DNA of 62,366 bases, the filler included, from Basidiobolus ranarum (taxonomy: Eukaryota): NCBI GenBank assembly GCA_040143965.1. It is 12 parts of 12 records of this genome, joined end to end, with 100 filler letters (N's around TTAATTAATTAA, not from the genome) between each part and the next. Parts side by side here need not be neighbours in the genome. Positions count along the whole stretch, not along the records: positions 20,859 to 25,968 come from JASJQH010008587.1; positions 26,069 to 31,176 come from JASJQH010008588.1; positions 31,277 to 36,382 come from JASJQH010008589.1; 9 more parts are not named here. One strand, given 5' to 3'. The notes beneath the pieces are model-generated. The model made no database searches. It was not told the DNA's origin and saw only the letters and a program-made list of their open reading frames with translations. Position numbers and translations under genes: made by a program. How positions within the stretch are numbered: position 1 is the stretch's first letter; each line of letters begins with the position of its first letter. Of the stretch, positions 20,859-34,699 are shown in pieces.

Positions 20859-22860
20859 AAATTGGATGAAATTTTAATCAATTTCACATTGGGATCCATT
20901 GGTGTTGATACAGGTTTGCTATTCTCCATGTTGAAGCATTTTAAGATGTCTAGAATGTATCTAGACTGATTCAGCATGATTTCCTGATTGGGTTTATCTC
21001 TCTTGATTTGGATTAAAGAAAATAACTTAATTCACCCATATCAGTCATCTGAAAATGGATTGATAAGCTGCTTAGTGTCTGACTAAGTGCTTGTAGATCA
21101 TTTGTGGCTATGATCATCTCATCCACATATAGTGCCAAGATAAGGATCCTATTTCCAGTAGTTTTTGATGTAAATAATGTGATCTACTGTGCATTTTTGG
21201 AATTCCAGAGATTCCAAGTTGATTTTTGGTATCAAACAGTCTGTAGGCTTTGGATCCATCACAGTAACCAAGAAATACGCATTTTCTGCTTTTGGGTTCC
21301 AATTTTGAGCATTTTTGAACTGGAATTAGGCAATATGCTGTGAAACCAAAGATCCTGAGGTGATCCACACTTGGTTTTGTTCCTGCAGGGCTTCAAATGG
21401 AGTAGAATTTTGTAGCAATCTTGTTAGGCATCTGTTTTTGCTATAGACTGCAGTGGAGACAGATCCAGCCCGCTATTAGTAATCTAACTTTTGATCATGT
21501 AACATTGATCTTGCCATCTCGGCTATGGTCCTATTAGCATATTCTGCAACTCCGTTTTGCTGTGGAGTTTAAGGTATAGTAGTTTGTTGCTTAATTTCAT
21601 GTTTAGGGCAAAAACTAGTAAAGTCTTTAGAGCAGTATTCTCTACCATTATCACTCCTCAGTACCCTTATTTTGTGCTGAATCATTCTCTACCATTGCCT
21701 TGTAGTACTTAAACATAGCTAAGACTTCAGATTTTGATTTGAGAAAGAATACCCAAGTATATCTTGTTTTGTCATCAATAAAAGTCATAAAGAACCTTTT
21801 CTCACCCAGTAAGAGGTTTTTCATGGGCCCACATGGATACTCAGAATGCAATTTGTTGATTTTTAGCTTGTATAAGTTTTGAGTTTTGATACCAGTAGCT
21901 AATTTGGTTTTATTCCAATCTGTGGTAGTGCATTCCACTTTACTGAACACGAAATTGAATCCTTTAGTTGTTGCTTGGCTTACTGAGAGTAGAAACTTGG
22001 CTATATATGGTACATAGAGTACATCATCTAATTTTGCAGATGGTGTAGATGAATTTTGGTCTAAATTGAGTACAACTGTGCCCTTACCAACTGCATCTGG
22101 TGCAAAGTCATCACCTAAGTAGACTTTCCTTGTTTGGCTTGGTTTTAGGCTGGAAAACTGATCTTTCCTGTTTGACATATTCTGGCAAGCGCCTGAATCA
22201 ATGAACCACATTTCTGAGTCTTCTTTAGTGGTTACTGATAGGGCAGACACAAATAGATTATCTCTATCAGTGCTTACTTAATTTTCTTGTTCCACTTTTA
22301 GCTTTTTGGCAAAAATCCTTTTTCTGCAATCATCAATTATATGGCATCGTTTCTTGCAATACTTGCAGATGATTAATTTCCTAATAGGGGCACCATTATT
22401 GAAGCCTGTTGGATGTTTTACAGCTCCAAAAAAAGGCTGTTCCTCATTATTTTGCTGAGAATTAGATCTCCTTAATTCTTCATTCAAAAGCCTAGCACCA
22501 ACATATTCCATTGTTAATGGCTCTGATCTTGATTCTAGGGCAATTATGAGGTTCCCAAACTCATCTGGCAGGCTCCCAAGTAGTGTCATGACTAAGTCAT
22601 CTTTATTTAGAGGTGCTCCAATGGATGAGAGCTGATCTGCCATAGTTTTTATCCAATATATATAATTAAGCATAGAATCATCAGGATTCTGCTGAATTGA
22701 GAACAATTTTCTCCTAAGATATAGCCAATTAGCCAGACCTTTAGTCTCATATAGTGCCTCAAATGTTTTCCAAGCATTTTAGCGGTTTTTTGGCTGATTG
22801 TATGTGCCTCAATTGAGAATCTCTGAGATGTAGACAAAGTGTAGAGAGTGCTTTCCTCTG
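20859..22860 (-). mobile_element. Copia family B internal region: gag, protease, integrase and RT fragment, with internal deletions
   Basis: LLGSLPDEFGNLIIALESR, CKYCKKRCHIIDDC, WFIDSGA, FIDDKTRYTWVFFLKSKSE, HLRIFG, KCVFLGY, LALYVD; homologous to 31277-33330. Confidence 0.92.
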
Positions 22861-22879
22861 TAATAAAGTTTTTCATATC

Positions 22880-23730
22880 CAACTATAAAGTCTTTGCACT
22901 GTTGCTTTATCTGCATGAGAACTGCCAATGTGAGTTGATGTAACAGGAATATAGCAACAATATTTACAAACAACTCCTAATGTTGCCAATACTTATCATT
23001 ATTGGAATGCTGTTAACTAGTAAGTGCATAGTGCCTAATTGGAAGCTTTGGCTCCAGCTGATCCTCTTGAGCAATATGATCACAGGCTTACTGCTAATAC
23101 TAAGTTTGATGTTAGATTGACTATTTGGTGAATTGACATCAGTGAGCATGTTGATATCTGATGGGCTCTTGATGGTAAAATCATGGAGTTTAGTATTGTA
23201 TTTGAATAGTAGTAATGTGCATGCCTGATTGAGTAAACACCATTGATTTGACAAAATATACAGCAAGATAGTGCATTGTTCCCACAAAAACCTCCAAGTT
23301 TACTGATGGCAGGTGTGTCATCAATACATACAATTATATTAGCTTAAATAGAATATTCACGCATCTGAACCCAATGAGATAAGGATTCAAATACCTCAAT
23401 CAAAGGCTCCAAGTTGCTATCTATAAGCACTGGTGATTTAGGTCCAGCTATAATGGGTAGTATCAAAATATTATGACTCTTAAACCATTCAGAAGGAGAA
23501 AGATTTAAGTTGATAAAAATTATTGGCTGGCAAGCCTTTATAGCACTATATTTGTTCAGTAAGAAACTATCCAGAGCCAATGCTAATGCATGATCATATG
23601 TGTTCTCAAAGAAGCCTTGAATTTTCAAATTCTGGTAGTGATATCCATTGAGTATATTGGTAATACCATCAGCTTTACCCTGAGTACTTTGGTATTGGAT
23701 CAATGATCTATATTTGGGTGATTTCAACAA
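22880..23730 (-). pseudogene. CACTA/EnSpm Transposase_21 (Tnp2) remnant
   Basis: ALALALDSF...QPIIFINLNLSPSEWFKSHNILILPIIAGPKSP..IDSNLEPLIEVF...DTPAISKLGGFCGNNA..CC.FC...GTMHLL follows the Tnp2 consensus (LSLDGF, WP..NLPP..R....GP..P..D..L.PL..E, D.PA..K, D.MH). Confidence 0.75.
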
Positions 23731-23744
23731 AACTTATCAATGTT

Positions 23745-25640
23745 ATCCCTTACAGAAATTTGAGGTTTGTTATTGTAGGAAAATTGTCATAATTTTAATC
23801 CATTTGGGATTGCCCATTTACTTACTGTGTTAAAATCATCAACTTAAATTTGATTTTAACCGATTTTTTCAGTTTCAGGAGTGAAATTTCAAGATCTTTT
23901 CAAATAGTTCACATGATTGGCTACAATCTCAGAGAACTATGGATCAACATATGTGCAAAAAATGTAACTCAAATTTGACACATTTACCATATGAACCCTG
24001 ATTTGTCACCTTAAAATTCATAGTTTCTTTGATATATTCTCCAGAATATTTTTATAGAGTTCTTCATACCCAAGGTTTAGCTGTTATCCAATAAATGTTT
24101 GTATCAATATCTCCATCAAAGCCCACCATTGTATTAACAATGCTAAATCAACACTCTTCCAGCTATCTGGCAGATACCTTGCAATATTGTGCCACTCTAT
24201 ATTAAGTTCTTCCCAGACATCCACTTGGTCAATACCAAACTGAATGTCAAGTTGAATTTTCTTCTTTGGAAGCCACTTTCTGCATACTTGCACTGAGTTT
24301 CCCCTTCATACTGCTTCTCTTTCTTTTCCAAGTCAATAATTGCATACATCTTTGGGATTTTACATGAATAGGCCTATACTAGCCCAATTGCTATTTGCTC
24401 CCAAAAACCCGGCATAAGAAATATGAAATAAGTCAAGAACCTTAAGAGTAATGCCTTGTTTTTGGTTTTCCCACAATTGGCTCAAATCTGGGGGTTTTTG
24501 GGCCACATTCCACACAGTTCCCAAAATGTTTAGCCACTCATCATCAGAGCCAGTGATGGCAGCTCTGATAATCAGAGTCTTTTGGTTTGACTGTTTTCCT
24601 ATGAGATCTCTACATTCATGTGTCCAAGCAATTTTGGGTTGTTGTGTAGGTTTAATGGTCCAACACATATTCTGCTCTGCTAGATTGTCATGGTAATGTT
24701 CATACACATGGTGTGGCATTGATTGAAATCCCATATGAGAATGGACAGTGGGACAGCATGGTGCTATAGCTCAAGTACAGCATTCTCAATGTCTTGTATC
24801 ATTGTTGAGTGACTCTCTAACTGCTGACTAGTTGGTTCCAAATACTACATTAATTGCTACATTGTGGCTTTATTGCTTGTCATGGCCTGTGTAGCAACTT
24901 TGTAGCTTTTACTTACAATTGCATAAAATCATTATGGAGTTCTGCGCATGATTCCCTGGTTGTAATAATTCTATCCAATTTCTACAAAGAGTTGTTCAAT
25001 AGTGGGCAAAGTAGCCATTATGGAAGTTGACACTCTTGATGGTGTTTTGGTTGAACTTTGATCAACTATTGATTTACTACATAATTGGGGTATTGCAATC
25101 TCTTCACTTGCACTATTGCTGGAGAGAATAAATCTGGTAAATTGATAAATGCTTCCTCATTACTTTAGTTAGTATTGAGCATGTTAATCCCTTCCAAAGT
25201 TGGTAGTGGATAGCTAGACTTTTCATCAATTAAGTCCTCTTTTCTTGCAGGTTTTTTCCTTTCAAGCCCCCAGGCTTTGGCTTGCAAGCCAATTTTGTTA
25301 AGATTTTGAATGCTTTTTGAATAGCATTGAAATTTTCAGATGGTAAACTTGGTGTAATGAAACTGCATATAAACATCTTGTAAACAACTAAAGCTGCCTT
25401 CCAATACCAGATATATCTTATGAATTGCCTGATAACTCATCTGTGACACCATCTCAGAATCAGCTGATTATTTTGATGTGCTTTACCAAGAATAACACCC
25501 TTATGTAGGAGGTGTTCTTTTTTCTACAATATCCTTGTCATGCCGTAACACAAATGTTGAAAGGAGCCTGCTATTATTGTCACAACTCTTTGTGCTATGA
25601 AGGCCACAGGCTATATAGAAAAAATCATCACAAGCACAGA
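23745..25640 (-). mobile_element. Second CACTA-like end with long decayed accessory ORF
   Basis: 23750-24310 is homologous to 2015-2575 and 25020-25605 to 57280-57846; the broken minus-strand frame includes PCCPTVHSHMGFQSMPHHVYEHYH and EWHNIARYLPDSWKSVDLALLIQWWALMEILIQT. Confidence 0.5.
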
Positions 25641-26068
25641 CACTGTACAAAGCCACTAGCTGCTCAAAGCCTGGTGAATATTAATAGTAATAAGTGCACA
25701 AAATTAACTTTAGTTTTGCCCACTGAGTACAGTGGCTGTGCTTTGCCTCAAACCTTTGGTAACACTGCCAAAAGTTAAGATACTGTGGAGTTACCACAGT
25801 TATATGACCAGAATGATATAGGTCAAAATGCAACTTTAGTCAAACCAGTAAGTCCAAGCACCTTTGAGGACTTGCTGCTAGATGTTGACCTTGGTTGTTC
25901 AATTAACAATTGGAGTATATCATTGGTTGAATTAGGATTCAATGGTTTTTTTACAGACTCTTTGTTATNNNNNNNNNNNNNNNNNNNNNNNNNNNNNNNN
26001 NNNNNNNNNNNNTTAATTAATTAANNNNNNNNNNNNNNNNNNNNNNNNNNNNNNNNNNNNNNNNNNNN

Positions 26069-26875
26069 GGCCGAGCAAAAATCAACATCAAAGCTCCTAA
26101 ACTGAAATTCAAACCTCACTTTTTTTTCTCTTTGGGCAGTCCAATTGCAGCTGTTATGGTGATGAGGAATCAAACCTATGACCAATATAGAATCCCTGAT
26201 AGTTGCATTCATCATAACATTTACCATCCATTTGACCCCATGGCTTACCTTATGGAACCAATGGTGGGCCAAATGTACCGGGAATTAGATCCTGTGACTA
26301 TTCCAATGTTTTCAAGTTCACGTTTCAATATCCACTTGAACCATAGACTGCGCTTTAGACCTTTTTGCCGTCGTACCAAAGACAAATCTCAAGCGCTCCC
26401 TTCATCTCATCTCAATGTAGCCGCCACTATTGGCACCTTTTTATCTAGAATTGGTGGGCAAAATAAGGAACTCAACCAAGTTTGTAACAATGTGAATGAC
26501 GAACATCCGTATTCGAGACAATCCGGAGAAAATGTCGCTATAGCTAACCGAGAAAGTATTTCGGAGCTTCCTGCAAGAGAATCTTCTGAATCATATGAGG
26601 GGGCTATCAATGCACCGGCAAATATGGCTGATGGTGATAGCATGGACTTAGCTACGCTAAATGAAGAAGCATTGAATTCTCCTGTATTGACATATCGCAT
26701 GGATTATGCTCTACAAGAAAAGGTTCGAATTGATATTGTTGCTCATCGATATATGATTACTTTGAAGGCTCATTTTAGCTATTGGGAGCACCGTGATGTT
26801 GCTCATCATATCTTAAAGACCTTACATCAGAACTTGGACGAGAGGCCTTCTTTGTTCCCTGAAACTGAAAAATAG
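26069..26875 (+). CDS. DDHD-domain phospholipase A1 family protein, C-terminal part (5' cut by contig end)
   Basis: FFSLGSPIA, NIYHPFDPMAYLMEP, RMDYALQ and AHFSYWEHRDVAHHIL are DDHD-domain signatures. Confidence 0.9.
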   Translation, partial: GRAKINIKAPKLKFKPHFFFSLGSPIAAVMVMRNQTYDQYRIPDSCIHHNIYHPFDPMAYLMEPMVGQMYRELDPVTIPMFSSSRFNIHLNHRLRFRPFCRRTKDKSQALPSSHLNVAATIGTFLSRIGGQNKELNQVCNNVNDEHPYSRQSGENVAIANRESISELPARESSESYEGAINAPANMADGDSMDLATLNEEALNSPVLTYRMDYALQEKVRIDIVAHRYMITLKAHFSYWEHRDVAHHILKTLHQNLDERPSLFPETEK

Positions 26876-28494
26876 GTACATCCTCTCCACCATGAATTTT
26901 ACTACTCTACTGCCATATACTCCTCCATATTATCTGTATATATATACATATATATTTCTCATCAAGACCGTGTGGCATCATAGCCACTCAAACTATCTCT
27001 GTGCCATCAATCTGGTCACATTTGTATTAGAACATTGTTGTAACCTGTGAAATAAGTATTTCGATTTCTCTAATGTAACTTTACTAGACTTACATTAAAA
27101 TCCATGTATATCACTTGTCAATAAACCTTTCTTTTCTTATTCATCAGTTCATTTCCAAGCGAGGATGTAAAGTGGTCATATTGCGATAATAGGCCTCCAA
27201 GTTACCAATTTACCTCACTCCATCCTTCTCCTCCAACCTGTAAGTTCAATATCTTGGTATGTAAGGCTGAATTGCTTTTCCGAGTGTTTATCGTTATCAT
27301 ATCATCAATATATCACTATTACGAATAATATCCATTTGCTGTCTGTGAGTGAAGTGTTTGAAATGTTTCTCCTGAAAAAGGTGATAGGTAGGTCACATTT
27401 GATATTAGACTAAACATGGGGTAATCATGGAGACATCTTATGTGTGTGAAGAGCAATACTGGCCAAGTTTTGGTATCTGAGGTCAAAATTAATGAAGTAT
27501 GTATTAAGACATACTCTAGATATATTATATATTCGAGCAAAGCGGGGCACAAAGAGATGGATGCTGAATTCTCATTGATTTGCTTTCTCTCAATCTGAAT
27601 ATTTCGAATTTTAGAGTGTAGGGATGAGTAATGTTGCAAAACTCGAAGTTGTAGGGGCACATCGGAAAATATCTGATTGATCTATTACTTGCTGAGGAAT
27701 TCAGTAATTTCTATATTTTAATGTATGCAATTTGAAGTTGTACTGTTTTGGTTCCATTGAGATAGAGGTTAATTTGTATTGTACTGTATAGTTGCCAGTA
27801 TTTTTTACGAAACTGGCAGTATTAATGATAATTAGATGATATACACTAGCGCTCATGACTGGTACATTTTTTGCATACATTTCAAATTTCTCAGGATTAA
27901 TCAAAATATCAAAATTTCAATAGAGTTGATTTATCTATGTTGACAACTATTATGTACTTTACATATATAAAGAAGAGGATGTTTGTTAGTATCCATACAA
28001 ATTGGCTCCTTAAGTAACTTCTTTCACAATAATTCCCATAGTGTAAGGTGAATAGAAAATGGATTAATAGGAAATAGAACTTTTATCGAACTTGTTTTGT
28101 TTCTGTCATAGTAACAAATATGTATATCAAAGTGAGATTAACTCTAGAGAATATATCCGCTATATATGTATATAATATCACACAGTAGCATGAGTCTACA
28201 TCAAAAGCATTGAAATTGGGATCAAAAATTAGCAAAACCACCTTGTGCAACTCACATATCTGAGATCATTGGCCCAGTACCTTACTAATCTTCCTAAGAC
28301 TCAAAAAGCTACAGATAGCACCTAGCTACCCAGAATGTGATATGAGTGGGCTATATGAAAGTTTATTTAGAATATCTTTGAGTGGGCCATAGGATGGATA
28401 TCAAGTTGAATCATGAAGCTAATGTATATATATTATTATTATTTGAAAAATGTATGTAAAAAAATGCATCAGTTATGCGCGCTAGTGTATATTT

Positions 28495-28737
28495 TGTTAA
28501 GGTTAGGAGAATTAGAGAAATTGGTGGTTTTCACTTATTGAGTATTCAGTTGACATTTATAAGATTCCAGAAACATGTGTGCAAAGTTTGGGGCTTCTAG
28601 CACAAGTTATCAAAATCTATATATCTTCGAACTTCTAAGTAAATTCCTCTTGAGGTGATATCTTAGTTCAATATAGGATAACTAAATACTAAGCTATATA
28701 TGACTATATAGGTGTTTAGGCAATGCTAATTTCAACA
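28495..28737 (-). repeat. Solo LTR, family A, internally deleted, with 5-bp TSD TATTT
   Basis: TGTTAA...TTCAACA flanked by TATTT on both sides (28490-28494, 28738-28742). Confidence 0.75.
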
Positions 28738-29157
28738 TATTTTCTAATTATATGTGATTATCGGTCATAATCCGAGTATACTGAAATCTGAAGTATATAT
28801 TCTTGCAATAAATAGTGTAATAACAGCGTTGGATAACCTCTGAAGTAAGATCAGGGTTAAGATTTGAAATTGTCCTTTCCCAGAGATACCTCTAAAATGC
28901 ATGTGCCGATCCCAGATGAAATATCCAGAAAATATGATTAACAAGATTTAGATGTATGAATATTTTTGTGGTAAAATTTCAACAAACATCAGGTCAATAA
29001 GATCAGAACAACATACACAAGAACATAAAGCATTCTCACTGGAATTCCTCATGATCGTAACGCAATGCTATCCTTCAGTATTGCATTCAGAAGTTGATTT
29101 CCCTCAAAGCCTCTTGTTTGATATCAAAATCCCACAACAGTGGTTAGTAGTGGTTTT

Positions 29158-29240
29158 TGTTAAAGTATTTTGGGAGCCTGTTCGAAGTGGTTTGGAGAAC
29201 TAGAGAAATTGGTGGTTTTCACTTATTGATTTATTGAGTT
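29158..29240 (-). repeat. Family A LTR fragment
   Basis: TGTTAAAGTATTTTGGGAGCCTGTT.GAAGTGGTTTGGAGAA matches the family A end. Confidence 0.75.
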
Positions 29241-29565
29241 ACCGACATCGATCTCTTGCTCGTTTACCTTATCTTAATCTGAGGTACTCGTTTTCTTTAT
29301 ACAAAATACAATCAACTAACTATACCACGGTTGTTCATTAGGTGCCAATATGATCAACACGAGGTTTAATGACAGTAAAACGCGAGATTTACGAGTGATC
29401 GATCTACCAATCATATGAATTTGATATTATGTTTTTATCCCGAAAATGGTATCGATTGTTGTGGTCTTCAGATTCAAATTTCGAACTTATTTACTTTGCA
29501 ATCTCTCACAATATATTATCAAGTGGACTCAAAAGCCGTCTCCTGCGTGTACACATAGCCTTGCC

Positions 29566-31091
29566 ATGAGTCAGGCACAAACCCTAAAAAACTTCCTTTC
29601 CGTGCAAAAGAAAGGAAGCATAAATACAAAGGACTCGGTTACCAAGGTTGGTGTTGACACAATTTTCTATTTACCCGTACCATTCTAATCCACCTTTATG
29701 TAACTTAGAAAAGAGCCCTTACTATTCTTGACGCCGCGCTTTTGGAAGCGCCACCCGTTAAAAAAACTCGTACAAGCTTACGACTAAGTTCAAAGTTAGA
29801 AACTAAGGTTTATATCAACCTATTTATAAGGAGTTTTGTTTTCGGAATGTTTTCTCATCCACTCTCAAAAATAAGGAACTACCTTCTACTGAGTTTGCTG
29901 AACCAGAAGCCAAAGATACTTCATCTGTCTTATCTGGTCCTACTCAGAATATTATTGATAGAATTCTCACTCGTTCACGACGTAAACTTGTTCAACCCAA
30001 ATTGGCAGGTTTTATAAACTCACCTGAACCAAGGTATAGTGAAATTGTGATAGAAATCATTATCACTCGATAAACTAAAAAGTATCTCAATTCAGTTCCG
30101 ACAAAGTGAAAGAAATCCAAAATGTCACTAAAGATGTGGCAAAGTTAATCGAATCCAATTTTTCCTTTGACAATGTTCTCGATACAGAGGCCATCAATCG
30201 TTCAGAAAATGACGTGAAATTGTTGGTAAATTAGTTGAGCCATGGTCTTCGAATCCTCTAGCTGAATTTTATTGTGTTTAGGCCTGCAGATAATTGTCTT
30301 GAATCGAAAGCTGAGATATCTGCAGCGAACAAATCCACGGATTCTGATACCGTGGAGGCATTAGAACCGATCAAAAAAGTTCCTGGATACATCAAATATC
30401 GGCACCTATTGCAGTCAACGCCGAGTAACGACAGCCATTCTAAGGCTCAAGAGTAAGTTCATTTTATATGTAATTATCGCCGTGATGATAACGTTAGGTT
30501 AACCTTTAAGATGATAGGGCGCCCAAGGAGACCACTCTGGTTTCTGCAAATACTACTCCAAAAACCACTGTGCCTGGATTCAAGAAGCATGGACATTTGT
30601 TGGCAGGAAAGATTGAATTGCCACTCCCTGAAAAATTCGAAACATTAGAAAAGATCTTTCATGCCCTTCATCATACCATTGTGTTCTTCAAGAGTCAAAA
30701 CCTGAATTGTGTCTATCACCGTATGAAGAAGCCCGTCGAGAATATGTGTAATAGGTACATCTCTGGATATTACACATAAGCTATAAATTATCTATACAAA
30801 CTAAATCCTATTAGAACATTTACTCTTGACCATTTGGCCCAGATTAAGACTGTATATCCTGAAGCCTTCAGGTACGAGGCCTTGAAATACATGCACCAAG
30901 GCCAACGTATCGAGTCAGTTCTATTAGAAGTCGATGATGCTGAAGAAAAATTGTATGACAACCAAACCAACATTTACGAGACGTTGAAGCTTGCGGGATC
31001 CAAACTTGAGCTACGTCTGAAGGAATTCCGTCGTAGACTCATTAACATAGTGAAGGCCGAACATGAGGATCGGGACCCAGGGCGCATTTAA
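29566..31091 (+). CDS. CDT1: DNA replication licensing factor Cdt1, multi-exon, apparently C-terminally truncated
   Basis: N-terminal PIP-degron-like QTLKNFLSVQKK; LPLPEKFETLEKIFHALHHTIVF...HRMKKPVENMCNR/TFTLDHLAQIKTVYPEAF...R..EFRRRLINIVKAEHE is the CDT1 geminin-binding domain. Internal exon boundaries were not all resolved. Confidence 0.82.
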
Positions 31092-31276
31092 TTTTGTTGA
31101 TGCCATATTCGGTAATAATGGTTCCGTCCATGCGCAGTTCTAATTCGGCACATTTTCCGAGTGATTTTCCGAATATNNNNNNNNNNNNNNNNNNNNNNNN
31201 NNNNNNNNNNNNNNNNNNNNTTAATTAATTAANNNNNNNNNNNNNNNNNNNNNNNNNNNNNNNNNNNNNNNNNNNN

Positions 31277-34017
31277 GATCAAAACACAAAATTTATACAA
31301 GCTAGAAATCAACAAATTGCATTCTGAGCATGCAAACTGGGCCAAAACCGGTGAAATAAGCTGTCAAACATTGCATAGAAGATTTGGCCACATTGGGGAA
31401 CAAAAACTGACCCATATGATCTGAAATCAGCTTGTTTCATGTTTAGAAATTGAAAATATCACTTAATTGGATCTACGTGAAGGTTGGATATATACAAAAC
31501 ATTGCAGAAAGCCAATTTCAAGCTCTGGAGTGATCAAATCCAGTCAGAGTCTTGCCCTGTTTCATTCTGACCTTTGTGGGCACATGAAAAGCATCTCACT
31601 GGGTGGGAAAAGGTACTTGATGACCATTATTGATGACAAATCAAGATACACTTGGGTAATCTTTCTCAAATCAAAATCTGAAGCCTTAGCTACATTCAAG
31701 CACTACAAAGCAATGGTAGAGAAAGAATCAGCAAAAAAAATAATGGAACTAAGGAGTGATAATGGTGGAGAATACCGCTCAAAAGACTTTATTAGTTTTT
31801 GTTATAAACATGGTATTAAGCAACAAACTACTGTACCTTTTACTCCACTGCAAAAAGGAGTTGTAGAACATGCTAATAGGACCATAGTGGAGATGGTAAG
31901 ATCAATGTTACATGATCAAAAGTTAGATTACCAATATTGGGCTGAATCTGTCTCCACTGCAGTGTATATAAAAAACAGATGTCCTACAAGATTACTGCAA
32001 ATTTCTACTCCATTTGAAGCCCTATATGGATCAAAACCTAGTGTGGAACATCTCAGGATCTTTGGTTGCATAGCATATTGTCAGTTCCAACTCAAAAATG
32101 CTCTACATTGAAACCCAATAGCACAAAATGCATATTTTTGGTTACTGTGATGGATCTAAGGCCTACAGATTTTTTGATACCAAGAATCAGAAGTTGATCA
32201 AGTACAGAGATGTGATTTTTGATGAAAAAGCAAATTTTTCACCTCAAATCATAGTTCTTGATCCAGAAAACACAATCAGCAGTATGCAGGAAGTGTCTGA
32301 CAAGATTCCAGCTGTATCGGAGCCCTGTTCAACCAAGATTCCAGTCCCAATTACATCAGAGGATGATTCAGGACCCACAAGATCATCCAGAAGGTGAGTT
32401 GTGCCAGGAAACTGGTGGAACACTTTTGATGATGATGCATATGCTTATGCAGCATTCTGTTATGAGCCACAGAGTCAAGCTCAAGCTCAGGAGCTATGGG
32501 AAAAAGCAATGTCAGATGAGCTTTCTTCACTTCAGGACAATAAAAAAGAGTTTTAAGTCGTCTTCCATCAGGGAGAAAGCCAATAGGTTGCAAATGGGTC
32601 CACAAAGTAAAAAAACAAGATGATTGAACCATAGAAAGGTACAAAGCTATATTAGCTGTAAAAGCTATTCCCAGACTTCAGGAGTTGATCTTAATGAAAC
32701 ATTTGCTCCAGTAGACAAGTTTAGCTCCATTAGATCAATCCTGGCACTCTCAGCCGTCCATAACCTTGATCTACATCAAGAGGATGTAACAATAGCCTTT
32801 CAAATGGAAATCTAGAAGAAGAGGTCTATATGGGCAACCAGATGGATTGTTGGCCCAAAACATCCTTATATGGTATGTAAGCAGCAAAAATAGCTATATG
32901 GACTCAAGCACACACCCAGGCCCTGGTACAGCAATATAGATAACTATTTGGAATCACCAGCAATTCAAAAATGCACAGCATAACACAGTATTTACATCAA
33001 AACAACTGGAAATAGGATCCTTATCTTTGCACTATATGTGGACACCTTAATCATAGCCACAAATGATCTAGAAGGACTTGATCACAAGGAAAGCAGCTTA
33101 TCTAACCAATTTCAAATGACTGATATGGGTGAAATAAGTTATAACCTTGGAATCAAAATCAGGACAGATAAACCCAGTCAGAAAGCATGCTGAATCTGTC
33201 TATATGCATCCTAGACATCATCAAACACTTCAACATGAAGAAAAGCAAGCCTGTATCAACACCAATGGATCACAATGTGAAATTAGTCAAAATTTCATTC
33301 AATTTTGCACCAAAATGACTAAAATTGAAGCCAGGAGTTCCCTTATCAATCAATGGTGGGTAGTTTAATGTATACAATGGTTAGAACATGTCCAGACATT
33401 GCTGTGGCAGTGGGAACTGTCAGCCAATATCTCAAAAATCCTGGATCTGAGCACAAAACTGTGTTAAAACAAATATTCAGGTATTTGACTGGAACTGTAG
33501 ATCTGGTTCTGGAATACTTGGCCACTGCTGATGCACAAAATTTGGAAGGCTACAGTGATGTGGACTGGGGAAGAAATCTTGATGATAGAGGATCAACAAC
33601 TGGGTACACTTTTCTCTATAGTATTGGATCCATAACTTGGAATAGTAAGAAGCAACCAATCATAGCACTTTCCACTACAGGAGCAGAGTATATGGCTGCC
33701 TCTGCTACTACACAAAAAGTTATGTGGTTAAGGAAGTTATTTACAGACTTGGGATACATGCAAAATATGCTATTACTGTATTTGAAGATAAACAAAGTTA
33801 TATTTCATTAGCTAAAAACCCTCCATTTCATGTTAGAACAAAACACATAGATACTAGGCATCATTTTGTGAAAGAAGCAATAGAGAATGATATAATAGAA
33901 CTTGACTATTGCCCTACTGAAGAAATGATTGCTGATGTCTTAATCCAACCTTTAGTTAAAGCAAAATTTGAGTTATTAACATATAAGTTAGGTTCAAGAG
34001 AAATACAAAATAATTAG
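31277..34017 (+). mobile_element. Copia family B pol (integrase, RT, RNase H), frameshifted
   Basis: HSDLCG, IDDKSRYTWV, LRSDNGGEY, ETFAPV, LYGLK, ALYVD, VGSLMY, GYSDVDW, ALSTTGAEY and RTKHIDTRHHFVKE in copia order. Confidence 0.95.
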
Positions 34018-34028
34018 TCAAGGAGAAA

Positions 34029-34229
34029 CATTGAAATTTGATAAATAGCAACTCATTGTTTAGTAGTTAGCTTATTCATATTCTGATTATGTAGCACTCA
34101 TTTCAGTAATTGAAAAATGTGTGTTTATTGCTCTAATTAAAAGATATATCAATTAGATCACTATTATCAATTTTCACTATTTTCTCAAAACTTCTCAAAA
34201 TCACCTCAAATTTTCACCTATGCTTAACA
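34029..34229 (+). repeat. Probable 3' LTR of copia family B
   Basis: Follows the pol stop and a purine tract (TCAAGGAGAAA); begins (CA)TTGAAA and ends CTTAACA. Confidence 0.55.
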
Positions 34230-34699
34230 GGCATGTTTATTATGGTCTAAGCACATCCAATAGTCCCATTTCATAGTGAACCATAAATAGGACAAATTCA
34301 ATTCAATAAAACATAAGTGTCTAGATCACAGAACAAATCTTGTCCAAAACACTTCCAATCCCTTAAACACTTTTATTACATAATGTACTCGTATTGGTTA
34401 TCATGTGACCGGTGATCTGCTTGTCTGATTGGAGAGCTTTTTTATATATAGAGCAACCCCAATTCTTTGAAGTAAGTAGTGCTAGACATAGAAACTTAAT
34501 ATTCCTATGCTGCCTTTCTTATATCACTATTCATATATCCTATGTGTGTACATGAGGAGGAATTTATGGATAGTATTGCTCTAATGACCTTGCTAGTTGT
34601 TGCACTAAATATTGAGTAATACAGTATGGTATCTTATACTCCAGAGCACATAAAGTGACAGAGCATATCAAAGATTCATAGTAGAGATTGCAGGATATA

